Shown here piece after piece: positions 37,801-47,600 of a stretch of 64,000 bases of DNA. The notes beneath the pieces were generated by a model, which ran no database searches, had not been told where the DNA came from, and was given only the letters and a program-made list of their open reading frames with translations. How positions within the stretch are numbered: the stretch's first letter is position 1; each line of letters begins with the position of its first letter. The DNA is from Lama guanicoe (lineage: Eukaryota): assembly GCA_013239625.1 (NCBI GenBank), contig MU053934.1:2684399-2748398 (forward strand), given 5' to 3'. Made by a program: the position numbers and the translations under genes.

Positions 37801-40800
37801 GGAGGAGGAGGGCTGAAAGAAAACCAGCGAGGGGCGGGGGGTCCTTCAAAGAAGGGGCCCCCAGAGTAGGGGGTGGCTAGGACTGAGCCACACAGCTCTG
37901 GCACACTGGGAACCTAGTCAGTCCATTGCCTGGCCGGGGGGTGGGGGGGGCAACCACAAATCACGTGCATGAGCCGCTCCTACCCTCCAAGGGGCCAAAA
38001 GTCCCAAGGCTGGGAGGAATGCCCTTAGATTTGCCCCGGTAGCTTCTCCTGGCGGCCCTGGTGCAGTGAAACTTTTGTGAGAGCATCGCAGGGGGCAAAC
38101 CTTTGGAGGGAGGTGGTGGTGGTGGTGGTGGTTGGAAAAAGACCGAATGCTACTTGCCAATTTATCCAGCATTTCAGAAAACAGCTCCTTGCCGGCAGAG
38201 TCAAGAATGAAGAGTTCCTGGAATCAGAAAAGCAGGTCCTGAGAAAGTCTACACGTGGGGAAACTGCTGGCAGTAAACCCCCAATATCCCTCCCAGCTCA
38301 GCTTCATGGGGATCTGCGCATGCGCACACGCACACACCTTTCTCTTTCGCCCCAGGCATGAGGAAGATGGTGGAAAAAGGAATGACCTCAAGTACAATGG
38401 TCTCCCCGACCAACCAGCTTTCTGGGCAGCGTCTCACCTCCCCTAACCCCAGAGCAAAAATACCAGGAACAAGCTGACTTCCCACCTGGCAGAACAGAAT
38501 GCGAAACAGGCTGACAAGTGCTCCGGTTTCCAAAAGGTCATCCTGCACTTTGTTAACCAAATTGATTTTCAAATCTTAAAACAATTCTTTTTAAAGGAGG
38601 TCACCGAGTAGGCCTGGGGAAGGCATTTAAAGTGGGACAGTCTGTCATCGGTCTGGATGGCGGAGGTGTGATTCTGAGGGAGGCACAGGATGACCCTTCC
38701 TGCCCGTGTCCCAGCCTCCGCCGGCCCGGGTGAGAGCCCCTTCCTGATGCTGCCATTCCAGGAAGTCTCCCCTAATTTCCCCCTTAAGCTCTCTCCAGGC
38801 ATTGACTCTCCCGCTGGGCTGGTGCTGATCCCGGGCATGTGCTGTCTGAACATTGGTACCATCATCTGCTTTGTGTATCAGATATCTGTTCATTCATCTA
38901 ATTCCTTCTCACTGCATCTGGGGTACTTAACATTGTTTTTTGCTCATGGACCTCTTTAAGAACCTGGCGATTTTAAACCTTCTTTCTAGAAAAGCACATA
39001 CAAACATAACATCTTGCAATTCAATTTCAAGAGTCGAACCTTCCCATAGAGGGACTTGGGTTGAGAACCTTGATACTAAGTGAGTTCTGTGAGCGTGAGG
39101 TCCAGAGCCCAGGCTTCCTCACTTCCTCTTCCTCAGCCCTTCCCTGGAAGGCTTCCAGTGTTCCTTCACTCAGTTCCCAGGCGCTCAGACAAGTCTAGGC
39201 GAAGTCCCTGCATTGCCTCTCTCCCAGGGAGGAAGGCGGTGACTACTGAGCCCTCGGGCCAGCTGGAGCAGCACTGAGCTCCCTTTGGGGCAAGGGCACC
39301 ACTCACCACACTGTCCACAGTGTCAGGGACTGGCACCATCTTCACCACCAAATCCACCCCGGTTGTCTGCAGAGATAAACGGAGACCACGCATGTCAGGG
39401 GGCCCGGGGGTGCTGGTGCAGGACAGGATGAGCACCTGGCCCTGGGAGGCATATCCCCAGCTCGTGTCTGTGTTCTGGACTCACTTCTGGGGCAGAAATC
39501 AGAGAGGACCTAGTCTTGTAAGCTCCCGGCTACAAGCGAGCTGCACATGACCAGCCCACCACCAGCTCGTCTGCTCCACAGACAGCCCCACGCCCTGTGG
39601 CTTGTGGTCATTCAGTAGCCCCTCGGCAGGCCCCTTAGGGCTTCCTAAGGCATTTTGGGAAGTCATCTCCCCAGGGTCATCTGATCACTGCTCCTAAAGC
39701 GGTCCTCCACCAGGCCTGCACCCCCCACCTCTCACCAGGGTGTAGTTCTTCTGGAAATGGGCTCCATCGCTGCGGAAAATCTGCGCCAGGGCGGTCTTGC
39801 CCACCGTTGGGTCTCCTGTGAGGTCAGAGTAGAAGAAAAACTCTGCTTTCATCCTAATCTGACTTGAGACTCTCAAACTCCAGAACACTAGTCTAGAAAC
39901 CAAAAACTTCAATGAGTTTTCGGGGAAAATGTGCTTGATTCTCACGGGAATTTGCTCTGAGGTTGCCGGCAGGGCAATGGATCCAGGAGACCGAGCCTCA
40001 GAACCCGTGAGGGCCGGTCTCGTTTCTTCCAGGCTCATCCTTTCATCCACAAAAACCGACCCAGAAGGTAACAGAGCTGAAGGAGGGCTTTGGAGCACTG
40101 GAAATAGAACTGACACTCTTCCACTGAAACACCTCTATGGGGAAAACCCATCACTTTCAAACTTGAATTTACTTTGAAGTCTTGAAGGTGAGGAGGTGTG
40201 ACCAAGCACAGACTTACAAGTGCACCTGACTGAACCACTCTGAGTTTATAGCTTCCATCCTTAGAATCCTGCATACTTCTTGGTGGGGGGAGGGGAAGCA
40301 CTGAGAGTTGGGTGGGTTTCTACATTTATGAAAGACAAAAAGTCAGGGGCTGCCCTTGCCATCCTGAAACCCGCTTCCAAGTGATACATTCCACCTCCAC
40401 CTTCTGGTGCCCATTTGTGACCAATGCGGACCCATCTTCCCAGAGGCCTCTCCCCAGAGTCTATCTGCAACAGCCGCTGGTTCCTCCAAGCGCATCTTAT
40501 ACCTACCAAGCCTGTCTCCTCGGCTTTCCTTTGTTAGTAGATAGCCCCATAAATTGGTAACTCAAAACCAAAGGTTTATGTCCCGGTTTCAAGTCTGAGG
40601 CCTTTCACAAGACTGTCAAGGGCAATTTATTCTGGAGTTTCTCCCAGGCCACCCAGGGCGCTGCAGGCTCTCGGTGCCCGTCCTTAATTCCCCTGTACCT
40701 TCCCCACATCCCCACTGACGGCTCCGCCTGGCCTCCTTAGATGCCACGCTGTTTCATTGACCAAATCTTTTCCACCTTGAGAGTCTCTCATTGACTCTCC

Positions 40801-43800
40801 CCCCATCCCCCAGTGCCCTGGCGGAACACCTGTCCTCTGCTTTCTCACCACCGTGATCCTCAGCAACGTCACCACTGCACTCATGTCCTTCTGACTTGCA
40901 TCCTTTGGTGCAATTGCCTCACCTTCGCCCCCTATTTCACAAGTGGCTTCAAAGCACCTCTTTACCTGACTTCTCAATTGCCTGTCGCTCTGTTCACTTT
41001 TCAGTTTTGACTTTTCTCACCTATCATTTTCTCCTGTGAGACAATTATTTGATTACTCGTGGCATTTCACCTCACGTTAACTCCTCGGGGTCTGAGTGAG
41101 CTAGTCAGGTCTTGCTTTTCTATTTGCCACCACCCCTTACAAGGGAACCAACATGGGTTGAGCCTCCATCGTGGACTCATCCATACAATTTCATTCCTTC
41201 CCAGGTCCCAATCCCCCTCCCCACCCCCAGTGGGGACTATCATTAATATCATTTGACAGATGAAGAAACTGAGGCTCAGAGAAGCTGGGTAACCCGCCTC
41301 AGATTGCAATATCACACTCTCCGCCAGACCCCACTCCTCTCCTAGAACTTAGGGGCGCATCTGAGCCATAGCTAACACTGCCCTTATGGGCCCTCATTCC
41401 CCACAGCCTTCTGTGATGGGGGGCAATCGCAGGCTGGACTGTTGTTGGTACCCATCCATCTCAGAGGAAACAGAGCACATCATTTTGCTTCTCATGTGGT
41501 GACTGCATTCATCCTCCTGACTTCAATTTTGCTTCTGAATCCAGTTGGAAATTGGCTCATCCTGCTTGTGAAATTCCCCACAGATTTGTTCTGGTTAATT
41601 TCATAAATCTTTCTTCCGACTGTCAGTCAGTCACCCACATTTATGGAAAACCTCCTGTGTCGGCTGAGGAGGGATCCAAGTGACTGCAGGCAGGGGAGAC
41701 ACCTGATAAACACATTTGCAGAGCAACCCGATGACAAGTGCAAATTCAAATAGCACAAGCTCAGAACCAGAGCATCTGAGGGCATGTGGAGGAGAGAGGT
41801 GGACGAGGGGTTTCGTCAGCCCGGTGAACCTCCTGGGAGGAGGCTTAGCCCAGGGGGTGACGGCGGCAGGGAGGGGCACTGCTCTTGACAGAGAGGGTGC
41901 CGTCTGCAAAGGCACCATGCAAGGTCACCCGTGACCTCATCATCGCCAAGTCCAATGGTTTTTCCTCAGTTCTCATGCTCCTTGATGGCTCTGAAGGATG
42001 AGTCAGCTTGAATCAGCGCCCTCCCCCACAACCCTCTCCCTAGCCCTCTGGCCCCGTGGTCCCGGTGACCCTGCACCTGCCTGGTTCTCCTGCTGCTCTG
42101 CCTACTCCTGCCTCCCAAACGTGGACACTCCTGTGGGTCCGTCTGTGGTCCTCTGCTCCCATGTACTCTGTCCCATTTACTCTCTTTACCTTTGTCACTT
42201 CTCGTGCCAGTATCCGTCTCCCAAGCTTTGTGTTTCCAACACCCTGTGGATGTTTCCACCAGAATGACAGGGTTCACATACTCTCAGTGTGTCTACAGCC
42301 AGGCTGGATCCTGAGCAGTCACGCCCGCCTATCTCACTTGTTCTCTTTGTGACGTCCCCTTTCACTCTCTTCTGTCCTGACTTCACCCGCAGTCACCTCT
42401 GATGGCTCCCTCCCCTTCCCTCCACTTTCAGTTGGCCTCCTCCTCATTCCTCACATCATTCCTTGCTGTGTCTCTAGCCCCCATTTCCTTTGTCGCCACA
42501 GCTGCCAACACTGCCCCAGTTACCTCGAACTTCAACCCAGGCTTCTGTCTTAGCCCCAAATCCACCAGTCCATGCTCTGCCTTGTGATGCCGGGGTGGGG
42601 ACTCTGCACACACATTTCTCCTTTGACAGGGGCCTCCGAGGTTCTGCCCATGTGAGCTCTAGAGCAAGACCGGAAGGCTGGAGTGGGGGAAAGGACCTGC
42701 TCTTTCCCCTTTGCTTGCTATTCCTCTTAGCCTTATCCTAGTGATGGCCTTTACCCCAGCAGCAGATGTTATCTGCCGCCTCCAGCTGTGTTTTTGTTTC
42801 ATGTCTTTGCACTCTGGGATCTGCCTTATTACCCCACCTCGGGAATACCAGCATCAGAGGGCAGTGCCCTCTTTTCAGAGATCTGCAGCCCAGCTCCCAG
42901 GACCCTTCTGAACTTCCAGGTTCTGATAACCTGCCCTCTTCCCTCTGTTCCCCCCGCCCTGGGATGAGGCTCCTTCCTGCAGTTACTCTCTGTGCTGCCC
43001 TTTGCCTCTCTGGCCCTTCAGAACCTGTTTAATGAGCATCCCACACTAAAATCTTCACTGTTGAGATACCTCGTGTAGTTTCTGCTTTTGGCCGGGAATT
43101 TGCCCCATGTAGCAAATTTGGTACCAGGAGTGCTCCCAAGACACAGACCCTCAGGATGGTCTGGAATTGGTTTGCTGGTGTCTTGCCCTAACATGGGGCT
43201 GAGCTCCTGGCCAGTGGGCAATGGGTCCATGGCACGCAGTGGCACCACCTGCTGGGTACCACCGCAGCCGGGCAGTGCCATCCCCCCCACCACCACCAGA
43301 GGTCTGGATCCCAGCTCGGGGTGGGGATGGGCTTCTTTTTCGAGCTTCTGACAAGCCTGACCTCTAGCTACCACTTCTGTGTCATCACAACATTGTCTTT
43401 GGGCTTTTCAAGTTCTCTGACACCTGCTAAACCAGTTCCATATATTAAAGTCTCTCTGTTGAAATGCCTAATGTGTTTTCTGTTTTCTTGACTGGGTCTT
43501 GACTGAAAACACTTCCCAGCTGGCCCTCTCTCCTGTTCATTTTTCTCCGTGCTCTAACCCACCCTGAGCTCAGCATCCACAGACAGACTTTCACAACACA
43601 ATGCATTCTTCCTGCCACGCTCTCACACAGAGCCTGTCAAGGACACCTTCCACGGTACACCTCTCTCTACCTGCCAACTCTCTCTCTGACTAGCCTTACA
43701 CAAAATCTGGGCTCTCCACTCCAATTCTCTTGATCACTGAAAATTCCTCGAGGATAACCTCCTTCCAGGTCTCCTTAATCGAAATCCAAATCCTGCCCAT

Positions 43801-46669
43801 TCTCTGCCAGGCAAAGCTCAAAGAAGGTCCTTCCTGCACAACCTCTGAAGGTCATCTCTCGATCCTCTGTCTCTACCTGTGTGGCTCCTGTGGCTCCCCG
43901 CTGGCAGCCTAGGGCTTGATGTCAGGGCAACCCTCCAGGGAGGCACGAGTATTGTCCCCAAGTAGGTTGAGAGGCAGTACATCATAGTCCTTAGGGCACA
44001 GACTCCAGCTCCATCGCTTTCTAGCTGTGTGACCTTGGGTTGGTAATCTCTCTGAGTGGCCACATTGACAAAAATGCAGATAATTAGCACCTATCTCGTG
44101 GAATCATTATGAGGATTTAATGACTCACTATGTACAATGCCTGCCAAATATTAAGTAACAGTTAAGTGATTTTGAGGCACATAAAATACAGAGAAATGTT
44201 AAGTGTCATTTTCTCTCTTCCTCTGAACCAGAACAATCAGCAGTTGTGCCTTGAGGTGTTTCTCTGGTCCCCGGCACACAAAAGGCATTTGATTCTTGCT
44301 TGCTGTGTTATAAGTGGCTGTGCACAACTCAGTACTTCCCTGAGCACAGAGGAGGCCTGGTTGGTCCTCATGCTCCCAGTGCCCCTTGAGTGGCGACTCA
44401 CACAGAGTAGGTGCTCAATAAATATGTGGACTGACTAAGCACTGAATCGAGTATCCGATCCTTCAGTGACTAGCTATGCGAGAGAAAAAAGGCCAACTGA
44501 CTCCATGCAAACAGTAGACCTGTGAGGGGAAAGGAAAAGTAACACGGGGCGGGGGGTTGGGGGGGACGGGTGCAGAACGAGAATTTGCTGGGTGGTGGAG
44601 GTGGGGCTGTACACAGTGAATCCACTGTGCCGAGGTCTGTTGGTCCCTGGAAACTTCCAAGAGGAGACATCCTTGAGGCCTCGAGATGAGGCTGCCAATG
44701 GAGGGCTGGGTTGGAGTGCAGGCGAGACTTCCCAGGCAGTGGATGAAATCAGATAAAACAAGTACCTGAGGGAGTGGGTACAGAGAAGGGCTAAGAGTCT
44801 AGAATCGAGGCCTAAGGAAGATAGAGTTTGGGGCTAAGAACAAAGCTCTGGAAATCAGATCACCTGGGTCTACGTCCCAGCTCAGCTGCATCCAGCTGAG
44901 TGACCCAGGGCAGGCGTCCTAACCTCTCTGGGCCTCCGCTGCCCTATGTGGATGAAGACGACACTAATACTGACCCCGCAAGGTCATTGGGATGACCTGT
45001 AGTGAGAGTCTAGCACAGCGCTGGCACATATCAGGTGCTCAGCAAGTTAGTCTCGAGATGGAAGTTGAATTAAAAAAGAAGTAAGAGAAAGAACAGTCAG
45101 AGACAGAATCCCATTTAAGGACCTACTGTAGAGCACAGGGAACTATATTCAATTTCTTGTAACAAGGTACAGTGGAAAAGAATCTGAAAATATATGTTTA
45201 TATATATGTATGTATGTATATGTATAACTGAATTGCTTTGCTAGACATCTGAAATTAACATTATAAATCAACTACATTTCAATAAAAAATAAAATTAAAA
45301 AAAAAACTAACTTCAGAAAAAGACATTCCGACCTAATTCATGAGGAAACTGAGGCCCAGAGAGGTACTCTGTCCAAGAGGACACAGCCAATCAGAGGAAC
45401 AGCAGAATTATTTTTGTTACACAATACTGCCTCCCCTGGCGCTCTGGAAACTAGAGACCTCTCTTGAGAACCATTCATTTCTTTTGCTTCAGTCTGATTT
45501 GAGAGATTATTGTCAGTCATCTTTCTGTGTGACCCTTTTATTTCCAAATTGAAAAAGTCATTAAACGTATCATCCATTTCAGTCTGGAAGAGAGGAATCC
45601 AAAAAAGGAATCTCTTTTTCCTCTATATAATTTCTTGCTGCTTCTTTTCAGAGCCAGTCAGAAAAACCTGGAAAGGTCACAGAGTTCAACAGTATCACAA
45701 GTTAAGAATTTCGGATTTGAGCAGATCTGAGGGTTGAAATCCTGCCTATGACCTTCCTTTACTAGGGGGTGACCTTGAGAAAAAGATTTCACCCCAGTGC
45801 CTCAGTAAGGTCAGAACAATACAGCACTCACCCCAGTGTGCCACGTACTATGCACATACACAGGATTAAATGACATAACGTGCCTGACATGCAGTATGGA
45901 TTCAGGAAAGTACATATGTGCTCTGTGGTCCCAGCTATCCATAATTCAGGGAAAAGTTTTTCTAAATGAGCAGACTGATACAAAGAGACCACAAATGTGC
46001 ATGCCACGTGTTCATTCATTCTACAAATATTTATTGAGTACCTACTATGTTCCCGATATTGTTCAGGGTGCTTGGGATGTTATCAGTCAAAAAAGCCAAA
46101 GATTCCTGCTTTGGGGGATTCAACATTTATGTTCTCCTGAGCACAGGGCAGAACAGTAACTTTGAGTCTTAAAGACAACACACATGGCCTTTTGCAAACT
46201 CGGTCACCTGCACATTACTGTAGCCTCTCCCTGTTTTCAGAGGAATGGGGTCAGGAAAAAAAAAATCTCATAAGTAAAGACCACCAAAGTCACTGATGCC
46301 TAACTCTGGGGTACAGCAAATGGTTTAGTTGAAGCACTTATGGTGTGCTTAGCTCTATTTTTAACGAGTCTGTCGTCTGAAGTACAGCTCAAACTGGTGA
46401 CGATTGTCTCAGAGTATGACAGGGAGCGCGGGAAACCAGCTGGAGCTACAAATGTGCTCTGGAAGACAATTCTTCCATGCCTAATGTAATTTACTCACTC
46501 AGTAATTGCATTAACTCGTCTTTGGGAGACAGAAAGGGAAAGAGGGTAGGCAATTTACGTGAACAAAAGCTCATGATAGCTTATGAAGTCTCTGGACTCC
46601 GGAGACTGTATTCATTCGCAAGTTTTCAGACTCACCTGCCAGGATGCATTTCGCTGCCAGCTTCACCAT
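28756..46669 (-). CDS. IFT27: IFT27 (intraflagellar transport 27 / RABL4), spliced CDS, 7 exons, 186 aa
   Basis: Joined exons (34+80+60+60+118+110+99=561 nt) translate to [187 protein letters not shown]1 GDPTVGKT, G3 DSAG, G4 NKTD and G5 ETSVK are present, there is no C-terminal prenylation motif, and it matches mammalian IFT27 as recalled. Confidence 0.97.
30725..31000 (+). mobile_element. Probable ancient RTE-clade (L4/MamRTE-like) LINE ORF 3' relic
   Basis: Broken-frame translation gives WLGRALR...NLKAL...SWENA...QWRQ, resembling the RTE C-terminal pattern WLGHV.R...LK.L...WE..A.DR..WR. Confidence 0.5.
31620..33062 (+). mobile_element. L1MA-type ORF2 3' part plus 3' UTR in IFT27 intron 6
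   Basis: Degenerate ORF2 ([25 protein letters not shown]) and ggtcaaagggtacaaacctccagt. Confidence 0.9.
33597..33660 (+). mobile_element. Possible ancient TcMar-Tigger terminus
   Basis: cagtaaaagctcgctaattggaacttcattaatt resembles Tigger terminal sequence. Confidence 0.35.
34979..35088 (-). CDS. IFT27: IFT27 exon 6 (GVLVGNKTD...FETSV)
   Basis: Acceptor ttttgagtag|GT, donor GTG|gtaagt; 110 nt; contains G4 NKTD. Confidence 0.96.
36005..36122 (-). CDS. IFT27: IFT27 exon 5 ([13 protein letters not shown]...TALP+G)
   Basis: Acceptor ttccacag|TGG, donor CAG|gtatga; 118 nt. Confidence 0.96.
38112..38132. repeat. (GGT)7, read as (ACC)7 in the IFT27 pre-mRNA
   Basis: Direct reading. Confidence 0.95.
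38158..38217 (-). CDS. IFT27: IFT27 exon 4 ([20 protein letters not shown])
   Basis: Acceptor ttccag|GAA; non-canonical donor TTG|gcaagt is needed to stay in frame with exon 5; 60 nt. Confidence 0.93.
38919..39072. mobile_element. hAT-Charlie non-autonomous element
   Basis: Termini tggggtacttaac...ggttgagaaccttg; internal catggacctctttaagaac and agaaaagcacata. Confidence 0.55.
39307..39366 (-). CDS. IFT27: IFT27 exon 3 ([20 protein letters not shown])
   Basis: Acceptor ctgcag|ACA, donor GTG|gtgagt; 60 nt. Confidence 0.96.
39736..39815 (-). CDS. IFT27: IFT27 exon 2 (GDPTVGKT...NYTL)
   Basis: Acceptor cacag|GAGAC, donor CTG|gtgaga; 80 nt; contains the P-loop. Confidence 0.96.
42640..43511 (+). 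mobile_element. ERVL (LTR33-like) remnant with two LTR 3' ends and a PBS-like motif
   Basis: Similar LTR ends near 43050-43100 and 43440-43511; TGGTACCAGGAGTG at 43119-43132. Confidence 0.55.
45110..45306 (+). mobile_element. L1 3' end with A-tail in IFT27 intron 1
   Basis: aaggacctactgtagagcacagggaactatattcaa...aataaaaaataaaattaaaaaaaaaa. Confidence 0.85.
46636..46669 (-). CDS. IFT27: IFT27 coding exon 1 ([11 protein letters not shown]+G)
   Basis: GCC ATG G Kozak context; donor GCAG|GTGAGT; phase 1. Confidence 0.96.
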
Positions 46670-46675
46670 GGCAAC
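46662..46675. promoter_or_regulatory. RFX X-box-like motif TTCACC-AT-GGCAAC overlapping the IFT27 start codon
   Basis: Single mismatch to GTNRCC-N(0-3)-RGYAAC; IFT genes are established RFX targets. Confidence 0.6.
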
Positions 46676-46689
46676 CAACCACCTCCACG

Positions 46690-47600
46690 GACTAGACAGA
46701 AGAGCGGCAGCTGGAAGCGTTGGTGGCCCTGCCTGGGAAGGGAAGTGGGGAGAGCTGGCCCTTAAGGGGCCTGTGGCCGCGGTGGGGAAAGGGACAACGG
46801 GGCCTGGACCCCCCGGCAGTTGGCTGGAGGGATATTCGGCGCTAGGGTCGCGGAGGGACGCAGAGGAGCGCCAGATGGAGCCGCACTCAAGGCCTCAGAA
46901 GGCAGCCTAGAAGGTGCCAGCGAGGCGACACGGCTCCCGTACCCCGCCCAGCACCTGGCAGTGAGGATCGGGAATAGTAACCCGGGAACCCTCCGGCCGC
47001 AAGCACCGCGACAGAGGTGCTTGCCCACAACCACGCCCGCCTGCTCCGCCTCCTCCTCTTCGCTGACCTTCGATTGGCTGCCGCCAAAAGCTCCCACCCC
47101 GGAGGCTCTCGGAGGCCAGTGGGAGGAGGGGGCGGGGCCAATAGCCCTTCCTCGCCAGACAATTCGTAGTGGTATCTGCTCTTCAAGCTAGTCCCGCTTG
47201 ACTAATAGTTGCAGGAGCTGCCAATCACCTCCACCTCCCGCCCCTGCACCGCGGGAAAGTTCAGGGAAAAGAAGCGCCAACGTCTCTTATGCAGAAGCGG
47301 TGATAGAAGAAGCCTTCTGATTGGCCAGAGGCTGGCTTAGACCATCTTCTGAAGGAATGGGGATTCGCCGTATCCTCCTGTCCTTCTGGAAGTGGGTTCG
47401 CCCACGAGTGGGAGGGTCGGGAGCGCTGGAGACTGGAGCGGCGCTTGCGCAGTAGACGAGGCTGCAGTTGCGGGAGCGGAGCTCCGAACCGGTTTGATAT
47501 CGCGGAGGTTGTTGCGATTCTCCCACTTTCCAGATTTCGGGGAGCGCTGCGTAAGGTCCATCAAGAAACCCAGTCCTTGGCCCGCATCTCGCAGGGAAAT
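46690..47600. promoter_or_regulatory. CpG island / IFT27 promoter and 5' UTR
   Basis: Dense CpG upstream of the ATG. CCAAT/ATTGG at 47073, 47138, 47221 and 47320; GC box GGGGCGGGGC 47129-47138; CCACGCCC 47031; YY1-like CCATCTT 47342; NRF1-like GCGCTTGCGCA 47441-47451. Confidence 0.85.
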
